Part shown: positions 47,765 through 61,200 of the stretch, piece by piece
Numbering within the stretch: position 1 is the stretch's first letter
How the letters are laid out: every line of letters begins with the position of its first letter
DNA from: Bugula neritina
Taxonomy: Eukaryota; Animalia; Bryozoa
NCBI GenBank assembly: GCA_964035545.1
Contig: OZ037765.1
Span: forward strand, 4,598,698-4,662,697
DNA length: 64,000 nucleotides
Direction of reading: 5' to 3'
Program-made: the position numbers and the translations under genes
The notes under the pieces: model-generated
The model's database searches: none
Told to the model about the DNA's origin: nothing
Seen by the model: the letters and a program-made list of their open reading frames with translations, nothing else

Positions 47765-49227
47765 TAAACCCCAAACTAAGATGGAGTTGCCCTTCCCAAC
47801 ACTGCTTTATTCTAACCATCTAAAACCTTCCATGTATTTATTGAGCAATGCTTACATTGCATTTTTCATTAGCCTTCAAATCAGCTCAAATTTGGCACTA
47901 TTACATTATTTTTGTAGCTTGTAAATAAGAAATACTGATCAATATTTCATCTATTACAAATAATAAACAAAGCTTTTTTCCTTTTTAAGACATTTTGATC
48001 AGCATGGCATCTGCTCTAACAATGACTGGTTAACTAAGTAACTGTTCATAAAACTTCTCTATTAAAGTTCAGTGAAAAGTATGTTATCACATACTTATTA
48101 TTGAATCTCCATAATAATATTTGTAATACTGCTATGGGTTAGAAACAATGTTACAAGTTTTTGTCTAGATATGTGTCTAAATATTTCATTTGAACGTAAT
48201 TTAGCAGACAATATTTTTAACTTTTAGATAACTTTTTATAAAGATTACAGAAAATCGTTAGAAGCAGCACTGAGTGAAGTGGTTTAGGGGTCTCAAGGTT
48301 AGGATTTGGATACTGATTTCTGTACTCAGTTATCCCCCAACCTGGTGCTGCTTCTAGCCATTTTTCAGATCAAATTATAAGCAGATTAGCTTAGCTATAA
48401 TATTATGAGTCAAGTGAGTCACAACATGCCTGGACCCACAACTCTAAAATGATATATTTGCATTACATCCACAAACTGCCTAAGGCAGTATACATTCAAT
48501 ACATTTTATAAAAGATAAAATAGAAATTAAATTGCTATAATAGTGAAAACCACACAAGGCCATGGTTGTTTTATTGTTTTTTATTTATTTCATCATTTTT
48601 GCGCATATGTATAGCATTCATATCAGTTGGATCTAAAACTTTTCATTACTACGTTCAACTTTGTACAAAAGGAAAAAGAATTATTAATATCAACAGAGTA
48701 TGCAAGTTGTAAACTAGTAGTAAGAGCAAGAGTGTAACTTAGTTAGAAGAGAGGTAAATATAGCAATAGTAGAAGTACGGGGAGGTGGGAGACCAGCTCA
48801 ACCTTCTGCCTGTGAGGACAGTGGGAGCTCAGTCTCCTAGCCTAAGTTCCTAGTCTTGTTTTTACTAGTAGTAGCCACTGCTTTATATAGCACCATGTGT
48901 TAGCACCAGGATAATTTAATAAAATAATATACATCACAAAATTTTTTTGTATAAAAATTATTCTAGCATAAAATAATATTTATCAATTCTCCTTACACCT
49001 TTATAGTTATGTAACGTAAAAAAGAGACAATTTATTATATAAGATTTGAGTGTTTTGTTCAACTGATAAATTTAATGAATGCTTACAAGAGCATGTTCAA
49101 CAGAGACTTATTTCATTATGACATTCTACACGCTGATCGAACTCAGCAAGCTACGTTCTTCAACTGATTATGTGGCGAGTTAAGCGTAAATGACTATAAA
49201 AAGAAAATGGCGGTAAATATGGTGAAG

Positions 49228-52200
49228 TTAATGGAAGCAAACATCGCCAATGCCTAGTTCAAACTCTTGTCTTATATCTTCACTGACATATGTGGCAAAG
49301 TCCTTGATAGGTAACCGCTGTGATCTTTGTGTCTTTATTTCAAATACAGCCTCTCCCCACTGGCCTGGAGTCTAAAAACAAAGGAGTGATTCATTCCTTA
49401 CTCTGATCATTTTAATTCAGACTTTCTAAATAAAAATAGCTAATTAATCCAATAAAACCATCATTAAAGTGAGCTCTAACTACATACAGTAAATCTCAAA
49501 ATAGAGAAGCCCAGTTTTGAACTTATTATTCAAAATATTGTCCCAAAAATCATGCTTGAAAAATTATTATTTTCGTGTGATTGCTGCTGGACCGTAATGA
49601 TAGTTTTCTTACCTTGCAAGAATCTGACAAGACATTGTAAGCAAATTTGGAGCTACCATGAGGAGACAACTCTTTGTCATCTGATGTAAGGAACTTCATA
49701 GCTCTCTGTGTAGAGTTGTCTGAGGTTTGGTAAGTGATAGAGTTGAAACACCGAACGGTAAGCTCCTGGGAGGCCTCTTCACTTAGAAGTTGAAGGAAAT
49801 TGAGTTGCACCTTGTCCATCTTATATGTAAACTGCAAGGGAAATAACTCTGTCATCTCATGAATGCTAACAGATTATATTGCATATTTTTAGCCATGATA
49901 TAAAAATTTATTATTTTACATTCACCAAGTATTTATGTAGTTTGTAATTCTACATGCTGTATACGTAATGTTGTATAATATGTAAATACGTAAATGTTAA
50001 GTAAATAAACAAAAAATTAGCACAATTATAAATAAAATTCTATAGCAAATGGAATATAAGGATAAGTGTTTGTCTTCACATATGCTGTACATTATTATGT
50101 AAACCCTTCAATTTATTCTATCATTTGAGTAGCCAGTTTCAAATGCAAACATTTTAAGTTAAAATGTATTATTTCTTAATCAAATTGAGCTATGATACGA
50201 GAGAGAGAGCCTTACGAGTGAGCCACGGTTCATCTGTGAGAACCAGGTATGACCTTGACCTTCACGGTATAGCTGGTCCATTGAAACTCTGTTTGGCTTG
50301 GGAATGATGCAGGTTTCTTTAGATGAAAGCTTACAGTTGACAAGGATAGCATCATTGCTGCAATAGAACCATTGCATCAGAACTGTTGTTTATCAAACAC
50401 ATTGTAAGTATATTTATAGGTTTCAGTTAAACACTTGTACACCTATACCTATAAAAGTGAAGTTGGTACAATAATATTCTAACATATTATTTGTTACAAG
50501 CTTTTTTAGTTTTTCATAATAAAATCTTTAAAATTTAGAAAGCATTGTCAGCTGCAAGTCAGATTGCTTTTTATAATAACCCATCACCAGCTCACCTGCT
50601 GCCAAGATTAGGGTCAATCCAGTATTCACCATCTTCAAGATCTGGATATGCTTCTGCAAGATGCTTGCATGTTCTTGCAGGTGCCTCTTTGGTGCCTTTG
50701 GGCTTGGCCATGCCTTGTAAAAATCATCATTCAATGGTAGTGAAACTATCAAAAACTAGCAAAATAGTATCTTATGGTGCTTTTTAACTCAAATTATATC
50801 TTTGAAGTTTAACTCATGGTTTCAAAATAGAACTGAATGCTTTTTTATCCTGGACAAGGGAACAAGAAAAGAAAAAGAGAAGCATAAACACTAACTGTCA
50901 ACAATCTTAGTGATTTCCATAACGTCATCCATTCCATAAGCATTAGGATCATCACTCAGGACTCCTTTGGTAGATGGTTGTTGCTGTCTAAACATGACCA
51001 TCATGTCTTGTGGGTTGAAGGATGCTGAGGGACCTGGTGGTCCAGGTGGTCCATCACTGCCAAGTGAACCTCTTCGGCCTATTATTTATAAGAATTTTAG
51101 ATACTCTAGTAGTTTAAAATATGGGTTAAACGCATTACTGTATACATTTGGCATATATACAAATAGGGGGATGCTTCTTACCATCTTCACCAACATCTCC
51201 TGTTCTTCCAGGCATACCCTGTGGGCCCATTGCTCCAGTTCTACCGGGCATTCCAGGCTGACCAGTGAGTCCAGGCTGGCCAGTAGGTCCAGGCTGACCC
51301 ATAGGTCCTTGTTCTCCTTGTTCACCCATAGGGCCCTAAAGAAGCAATGTTTGTGTTCAACTGTAAAACATTAGCTACATAATCATGGTCCTTTAAATAA
51401 AATAGGTTATGAAAACATATTTTTTATAATAAATATGTATGCTTAAAAATTGATGTTATAAAGGTTCAGCCATAATCTAGTACTTAGAGTTCTGGCCTAG
51501 TAAGACACAAGTATGTCAGCTTATAGATTCAAACCCCGGCAGGGCATTGGCCATATTATGAAGGGCGTATAGTCCTAAATTCGCATCTGCTCTACTTTAA
51601 ATGCTATTAAACCATTTTGCCAGCGTGCTTAAAACCCCTTATAGTCAGAGGCTTGCACAGGAATGAAAACTCTAAGAAAACACGGGTTCTATTTAGAAAA
51701 ATGCTATGCATGGCTAGATTAGACTAACCTGTGGGCCAGGTTGTCCTTGTAAACCAAGAGCACCAGTGAAACCTGGATCACCAGCTGGACCAGTGTCACC
51801 AGCTTCTCCTTCATCTCCTGGAGGTCCTTCTGGTCCAAGTGGGCCAGGGGGTCCCGGTGGACCTAAATATATAGCATGTGTTTTAATTTACATCATAAAC
51901 TACCAGCCCTAAAATATCGAAATTTTGCTTCTTCATATCAGAATTGATAGTAGAAGGGTAAATGTGCTAACCTGATTCTCCAGCTGCCCCAGTTTCTCCC
52001 ATTGCACCACGAATACCTCTATCTCCTTGAAGTCCCTTGACACCTTGATTACCGGGAGGTCCGGGCATACCGGGCATACCAGCAAGTCCTTAAATAGTCA
52101 TTTATGAGCAATTAAAGCATTTGATGAACAAATCTAGAGTGATAGATGCTATAACCAACACATTCATGTACAAGAGAGTGTTGCGTTGGCTACAAATTAC

Positions 52201-55200
52201 TACATAGGCTAGTACTTGTGAACTGTGTTCCATTTATTTTATATACAGGTAAATAGAGACTAGGCAAATAGCTTTCATGATACAGTTTGTTTGAAAACAA
52301 GATAGGCACAAGTAAGTCCTATAAAATACATCTGTTGACCTCAACATACCTGGGATACCAATTGGTCCTTTTTCTCCAGCTCTACCTGGTCTGCCAGGTT
52401 GCCCGTCCATTCCATTGTTACCATCAGCACCTCGAGGTCCAGGTGCACCGATGGGTCCGATAACACCAGGTGGTCCAATAGGTCCTGGTGCACCATCTTT
52501 ACCGTCGTAACCGGCTGTACCTTGATCTCCCTGTTAACAAATATATGAAGAAGTATTGCAACACTCTTAGAAAATATTTCACATCATATATTTGTCCACC
52601 TCCATTAGCAAATGTGTCAACATGTGTCTGCAAAGGTCAATTTGCATTTTATAATTATCACGAAAAAGTAAAAATATTTTTCAAAATTCTTATGTAGCTT
52701 GGTTTATTCAAACACATGTTTATCCAATAGATTGAAGTCAATATATAAGCTAAATTTAAAGGACATTTCTCAAATATTTGCTTAAATTATGTAGAATTTT
52801 TGAAATTATGCTTTTATCAGTATGTTTTTGCAGCATAATTTAAATTGAGGTACATACCCTTGCTCCTGGAGGTCCCATTCTTCCAGGTTCTCCTTCGGCA
52901 CCCACTGGTCCTGGTTCACCTTCAGCTCCCTGAGGTCCGATTGAACCAGGTTCACCCATCTCTCCAATATCTCCCTTTGAGCCTTGAGGCCCTGGCAAAC
53001 CTGGCTCTCCAGGGGCACCCTAAAATAATTATACCACTCATTACAGTAGTAGAAAAACAGTAAAGGTCATATCTGTATGCAGCAGCAGGCATCAACTTTT
53101 TTATTGCTTCATTACAAAAGTTTGATTATAATCAAAATATTAAACACAACTAAACATATTTTCAAAATCTGATTGGTATTTAAATTAAAATTTGTGCATA
53201 ACGACTTTTTTTATATTAGTGTTTGATATAACCAAGTTGAAAGTGCATTATCTACTGCATTTACAATTCATATATTGAGATCAAGCTTACCATCATTCCT
53301 GGAACTCCAGGATGTCCGATAGCTCCAACCATACCCTGTATACCTTCATCACCTTGTGGTCCAGGCTCTCCTGGGGCACCAGCAAATCCGGGCATACCGG
53401 TGTTACCATTACGGCCATCAGGGCCAGCCATTCCAGTAAGACCCTGAACACCGACATCTCCGGTATTTCCTCTGGGGCCTTGGGGTCCAGTGGCACCATC
53501 CTGCCCATCCTCACCTGACAAAGAAACAAACTTTTTGACCAACTTGAAATTTTATTGTTTTGATAATAATATAAAGATTTTATTACAGACTACACAGCCC
53601 CCAGTACATGTGATAATATGTCATAAAATGTTCTACTGTTTATGAAGTATTTGTAATGCTTATGCATTATGATAAGTATTGCTTATGCAATGCAAGCTCT
53701 CTAACATACCAGCAGGTCCTTCTTCTCCCACTGGTCCTGGATCTCCAACATCTCCCCGCTTGCCTGGAGCACCTCGTGCTCCCTTTGGTCCTTCAACTCC
53801 TGGTAAACCTGGAATTCCTTGTTCTCCAAGGTCTCCTACTGGTCCCTTCAAAAAGCAAAAATTTGCTTTACCTCCTTTACTATTTAGTTATTATTTTTTC
53901 TATTTAATTCTAGCAGCTGTCAAATTCTCTATTGAGCAATAATCTTGAAGGTAAATAAATCATTCTACCTGGCGTCCACGAGCACCAGGTGCACCTGCAG
54001 GTCCAGGTGATCCTTGAGCACCATTTGGTGCAATTTCTCCATCTTCACCCATAGGTCCAGTTGGCCCCATTGGTCCTGGTGGTCCAACAGGTCCAGGGTA
54101 CCCATCAGAGCCATCATCGCCTGCCTCTCCAGGATATCCTTCGTCACCCTGCTCACCTAAAAATTGATAAAGCAAACTTATGCATCATGATGATTTCTAA
54201 TAGTTTAATAAATTATAATACTTGATAATATTGACCTCCAGTAAAATAGAAAGATAATGCTTAATATCTATGAAGTCTCATACCTGGTGCTCCTTGTTCA
54301 CCGTTAGGTCCCCTTGGACCTGGTGCTCCAGGGAAACCAACATCTCCAATGGCTCCGATATCACCAACTCTACCATTTTCACCTCTGAATCCCTGTTGTC
54401 CTGGAACTCCTGGTGGTCCGCGCTGTCCCATTCTACCATTGTCACCTGGCAGTCCGACATCTCCAGGGAATCCGGCTTCACCCTCTTGGCCTATCAAATT
54501 CAGTTGACATAAAGTATTGTATTATTTTAATAGTGAAATAGTTTCCTAGCTTGTCATTTCTGTGCGGGGAATTTGTAGCTCTTTAATAAACATTGCTTCC
54601 TTATAACAGTATTCAAATCTTCTCATCCATATGCAATTATTTTTGTAGCAATAATGTATCCGAGTATACTGTTTGGACAAAGTCTGTGTTTAGTTTTATA
54701 AGGTAGTCGTTATACTGTGAAGTTTTAAATTTTAGCAAAATAAATAAGAATACAGCTTTAGAATAAACAGTAACATTTAAGACAAAACTATTGTATAAAT
54801 AACAGCCATTAGTTCAATAGAATAAAAATCAGTCAAGGGGTTAAACAAAAGTTTTAAAATATTCAATTATAAACTTCTGCTTAAACCTAATCAATGTCTA
54901 CATTTGATGTCTATTCAAATGAATAATATGCATCAGTAAAATAAGTAATATTATTTTTTCTGCCCAAGTAAACAAGTGCCCACAACTCCTATATTGGTGC
55001 AATATATCATTGCATGAAACTGTCTAATAATAAAGATAATAACTTTACCTTGATCACCCTGAGGTCCTTGTGCACCTTCAGCACCCTCATCACCAATCGC
55101 TCCTCCTTCACCAGCTGGTCCTTTGTCGCCACGAGGTCCCTGGTATCCTGGGAGTCCAGGAATTCCAGTCAACCCTTGTGGGCCTGGCTTACCCTAACAC

Positions 55201-58200
55201 AATAAAAACAAATAGTAATAATATAAAGTATTTTCTGCAGAAACCAACCCACCATTGGATAATAAACTGCTATTTAAGACATAATATATCTTTCTATGAA
55301 CAGATAGCTGAGTACAGTAAACAATTTAGTACATTTGCAATTATAGGATTAGAACTTACAGGCTGTCCAATAGGTCCCTGGTCTCCGGGTTCACCATTAA
55401 GTCCAGCATCTCCAACAGCTCCGCGGGCTCCCTGTGGTCCCTGTGGTCCAGGACTGCCAGTGACACCAGTTGGTCCAGATTGTCCTGGCTTACCAGGAGC
55501 ACCTAAATTGAGCAAACAGGAAAAGTTGACTCATGCTACTTGCAGCACAGAAAACCTGTGGCGGATTGTTGTGTTGAAACCTAACGAGTAGAAAATCAAA
55601 GGGCTATGTTCACTGAACTCACCAATATGACCCATAGCTCCTGGCTCTCCAGGCCGTCCAGTGCTTCCATCGATACCATCAGCTCCAGGACCACCTGGTC
55701 TTCCAGAAGCACCGTCAATTCCAGGTGCACCAGGCAGACCACGTCTTCCTGTTCTACCAGGGTAGCCTTGGTCTCCGACTTCTCCCTAACAAACATAAAA
55801 GTCTCTTATAAAAACGTTTCTAAGCTCCGTGACTAATAAATAAAAGGTATTTGCAATAAAGAACATACCACATCACCAGTATCTCCATTAGCTCCTGTGG
55901 GTCCACGCTCTCCTGGGACACCCCTAGCTCCTGCAGCTCCATCTCGACCTAGTTTATTTAAGGCAAGCTGATTATCATTAATATGAAAATTTAGACAAGT
56001 AGATTGTACAAAATTTAATCATGTTATAATGGTTTTACCATTCAAATAAATATTCAACTGATAGCACATACATCTCAATGACCCTCATCAAGCTAATGCT
56101 AGTAATTGGCACAGCAATAAATATAATCATAACGTACCAGCAAGTCCAATGTTTCCAGCATCTCCCTGAGCACCTTGTGGTCCAGCTAGACCAGAGGGTC
56201 CAATATCTCCTCTTTCTCCAGTGGCACCTGGCTGACCTTTTGGTCCAGGAATGCCATCTTCTCCTGCAGGTCCAGGCATACCACGCAGACCTGGACTTCC
56301 GAGTGATCCGGGTAAACCTTGCTCACCCTAAATACAGAAAAAACTCGGCTATATACTGTGAGGTATATGAAATGCTAAATACACTATATAGCTTATGATA
56401 TACTGAAAACTGTTAACATAGAGAGTACCAGAATATTAACTTACAGTTGCTCCTCTATCTCCAATTTCACCAGAAGCTCCAGCAGCACCGGGAGCACCCA
56501 TTGGTCCAGGATAACCCTGAGGTCCTTCTGCTCCGGGCACACCATCAGCACCAGGGTCTCCATTCATACCATTCTGACCATCATTACCAGTCCTACCGAT
56601 AATACCTGGCTCTCCAAATTTACCAGGGTTTCCCCTAGCACCCTGTGGTCCTACCAGACAACAAGCAACACATTATTTACACAAACAATACAAAGCAGTG
56701 CAGCTAACACATGTTACAATGTTAACACCACCTTCATAATGTAACCTGGTTTATAATGGCCAAACATTGCAAAAAATTCATTCAACACAACCATCTGGAT
56801 GTATTTTATGGGCAGTAGACAATGTAGATGTAAACATCTTGTAGTAATTCATACCAGCTCTTCCTTTTTGTCCTCTTTTGCCTTCTTCACCCTTAGGTCC
56901 AGGTGCTCCAGTCATTCCAGGGGCTCCCGGGTTACCCATATCACCTACACTACCTGGAGGTCCGGCTATTCCAGTAGGTCCTCGCATGCCAGGAGCACCA
57001 GCTGGACCTATTCTACCTCTGTCACCAGGCTGACCGGGTGGGCCCTATAAGGTTAACATATAGACAACTCCCAATAAACAGGAAAAACAAAGCTAGAGGT
57101 TGATTTATTTTGATCAACTGTTTTTGTACATAACTTTGTGAAATTTCAGAGTAAAAGACTTACGGCAACACCTGGTGCTCCGGATTGTCCAGTTGCACCA
57201 GTTGGTCCTTTTTCTCCTTGAGCTCCAGTTGCTCCCTGAACACCAGTTGGGCCAACTAGACCACGATCTCCCTTAGGTCCAGGAACTCCGGGCATACCTT
57301 TGTTATGCAACAAATAATCATTGGTAAACAAAAAAAACTGGTGTATATTTAAAAATTAGCATAAACTTCTAAGTTGAAGTTTTTTGACTAATTGCTACTA
57401 AAAAACTTGTATATTTGACTTCTCCATATGGAGAGAACACAATACATAGTCTTTACCTGGTGCTCCTCGAGCTCCGGGTGGTCCAGTCATTCCTGGTGCA
57501 CCAGAGGAACCATCTTTTCCCCTGTTGCCATCTTTACCAGTTGCTCCTGGCATGCCAACTGAGCCTCTCATTCCAGGTGGTCCTGGTGGACCAGCATCTC
57601 CAACTAATCCCCGTGCACCAGGGAAACCTTGGGGTCCAGGTGGTCCAACAGGGCCAGGTTCACCACGGGCACCCATTGGCCCCTAAAGATTAATTATGTG
57701 TATCATTAGCTTTTCCTAACAGTATGTTTTAGTATATCCACCATGGTTTCAGATTATAAATGCAACCAAAGAAGTTATGTTCTCGCAAGAATTAATGAAA
57801 AAAATTAAAAAGCTTGGGCTTTCTTAAATTCTCCACCACTGCACCTTAATGTAGTATGTACTGTAATAAAAGTAGGTCAAATCTGTGCTTGTGGCTGGCA
57901 TAAGCAACATATTCTTTGCCACGGTCATAAGTTCAACACTAACATCAAAAGTTTGGAAGCTTAAATTTTGAACACCCTTTTCAGAAGTAAGGTTTACTAC
58001 AAGAGCTCAGTGTCGGGCGAATGCCAGTTGGGATTATAAACTAGCTTAATGGTGATTCCATGCAAACACCTTAAAAATAATGTCAAAGCTCATTTTGGAG
58101 TAACCCTCTCTTAATGTTTTGAAATGCTGTACGGATAACTTGAAATTTTTTAAATATTTACAGTATGGCAAATACGTTTTGCATATTTTGCCCACACAGC

Positions 58201-61200
58201 TTGCAGTGAGCTGAACATGGGTGCTTCGATGCGTCAAGTTTATAAAAATGGAATAGTAGGTTACATTCGACTAGGTGAATTATTTAACCAGCATCATGCT
58301 GAGCATGTCATGTAGTTGTAATTTATACAACAATGTTGGAAGATTTTGAGAGAAAATGTATTCTATGCAATAGCCTGTATTACTATTTGTTTTATGGTAT
58401 TTTATTGACTTGTCAGAAACTGGGTGAAGTTCGTATTGAGGGAAAAAACACATCACTAAGTATAAAAACAAGTTCAAATAAATTCAAGCTGAGAAAAACA
58501 AAATACATGAACAAGAAACCAATTGGCATTTAAATACTTCTTAAACCTCAAAAAATATTTTCTATCTGTAGCATTACATATTATATTTAGTTGACGCGTA
58601 CAACAGTTTGCAATAAAAAAAATGTCAGGATTTAGAACAATCAATGATGATAAACTAAATGCTCCTTGCATATCGACAAAAGTTACATTAAAAATACTTA
58701 ACATATATATATAATTATGTTTGCTATTAAATTCAAACCTAAAGTACGTGTAAAATTGCCAAAACCGCTAATAAAAGCAGCAGACATACTGATCGAAATT
58801 ACCATTTTTGAAGCTTTTCTTACGAGACTTTGTTGAACGGAGTAGAAGAATCTAGTAGACCAAAAGAAAATCTCTAGATTACTTTGTCAGGCTAGAGATA
58901 TTCTTTTAGACTACAAGAAACGCCATTTTAGTCGAGCACTTGCTGCGTCTGCCGGTAGTACGTGTCACGCCAAGTCAGACCACTGCTACCAAACTCCATG
59001 CTGATATTGCGAACGCCAACCTGATACTGACTATATAATTATTCACAGATGCGCTCTTATGTGGTTGACCCATGACCTTACTTTATCTCTAGATCTCAGA
59101 TTGAATATAAGTGATAGAGCAATAGCTAGAGAGATCTTGCATATGACAAGATATTCGACTTGGCTGCGTGTTTAAATATTTCGAGGTGCATAGTATAAAC
59201 ATAGGGCAAAACTAGTGTCAAAGTTCAACTACTGATGAGATGACTATAGATAAACATTAGGCCTTCACTAACGAGCATCTGTAACATTTTCCCAGATTTT
59301 CAACCACACAGTTGGTTATCCATCACTCAACATCAAATCACAAAGGAAAAAACATTAAAAAAATATGTATTGTGCTTCGTTTATACCAATATTATATACC
59401 AGAGTAGTCGAGAGAATAAGTTGCTGTGTCAGAAAAGTTACAGTTTGACATGCAGTTAACAGAGTTTGTGCAGAAGGATATGAGCAAATGAGGGCAGCCA
59501 TGATGCCCTTATAAAAAGAGTGATGATGCAGTTTTTATTTTGACTACCAGTTGCTTTGTGATATTTTTTTTAAATGCACCTGAACTTTGCAAAGTGTCCC
59601 TAACTTTGGATGTGAATACAGACGAAATGAAACTAATATTTAGATTATATTATAGCTATCGGCAGCATTCTTAAAACTCTTAAAAATCTAACAGCTCATA
59701 TGCTATTAGCAATTGTAGCATATGTACCTCTATAGCCTAATATGTACAATAGTATTTTCGTATGCTATAATAGGCTATATACTACAATAAATTAAATAAA
59801 TATAATAGCGACATATACTAAATTATATGTTATAATTGCACACAAATATTTATATAATGCAGCATGAAAAATAGCTTAGGATCTAGAACTTACAGCATTG
59901 TATATGGCTGGTGAAGGTGCTGGCCCAGAGTCTGGCTGCTGGTTCTGTATGTTGGAAAACTACAAATAAAATAAATAATAAAATATCTGAACAAGCTACA
60001 AAAATTTGAACCTGAACTAAACTCTTTCTCTCCTGTCACCAGAGCTTTACAAGTAGAAGAACTAAGGCTAAAGCTTAGTTTCCTTATTTGAATGAATAAT
60101 ATTTTGTTATTATTGCATATTAATTCAGCAGCTGGCACATTTGACCCTTTCTAGGTCATTTCTCAGATGCTCAAATATTGTTTGCTTATAAAACTTGTAG
60201 ACTGGTTCTAGATTTAGTTAGTTAACTGTTTTTATAAAAGAACAAACTCAAACCCAAGGATGAGTCTATAATTAAAAAAAATTGAACCAAGTTGCATTTT
60301 CATCATCAGCCTTGACCTCATTTCAATGCAAAGCAGCATCAGTCAAGGAATCATATAACATAGGCTACTATTATACTAGGTCAGCAGGCATTGCACCTGT
60401 CATACATTTCATGACAGCCGAGAAAGAAATCTCTTTATAATTTTTGTAACAGTTTGCAGATTTCCTGTAAATTATTTAGACTGTGTTCTATCAGCTGAGT
60501 GGGTTACGCTTTATGTAACGCCCCAACTCTCAGCGAGCATGTGCTAAAAAGGAAATGACTGGAACAACTGTTTCAAATTAGCTGGCCACTCGGTGTGCAG
60601 CTAGACGGAATGTAACGAGACACTTTGCTGAGAATGTCTTCTATTTGAACTGAGCAACTGGCTATTGAGATTTGATGACTGCTGGAATTACTTGTGAAAT
60701 TGTATAACAGAAACCAAATATAGTGGCTAGTATTATGTCTACATTATATCAAAGCTATAGTAATCATTATTTTCCGAAATAGAGCATTTTTAAAACTTAA
60801 AAAATATATATGGCCACAGTTGACTAAATACAAGTTTAAGCCATTACATTTTTGGTACTTAAAACCAGTTTATTACTGCAAAGGGGTCACAGGATGTAGC
60901 TGACATTGCTGTGGGTGTCTAGAGTCACCACAGATGTCATGGTGTGGTGGGCTGCTTGACTGCTAGAGGAAGTATGATCTGCAGGTTATATTATTTGTGT
61001 GCCTCTATACTAATATTATATACCAAGTAGCTTTTGAATGACAACTTGAAGACAATATAATTACATGATTTGAAACGTCAAGTTATGTGTAATAATTTTT
61101 GCAAAAAAAATGGTTTATAGATGAAACAATTTTGAAATACAATATAAACCTATACATTCAAGATAAAAAGATGAGTCATATAATCTGATATGCAGAGTTA

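Noticed and set aside
47764-49228. Functional link between the SLCO array and the collagen
   Set aside because: Only adjacency; the genes are convergent, each with its own candidate polyA signal, and no shared element is visible.
50967-57693. Plus-strand Pro/Gly-rich ORFs over the collagen
   Set aside because: Antisense shadows of Gly-X-Y codons; splice signals support only the minus strand.
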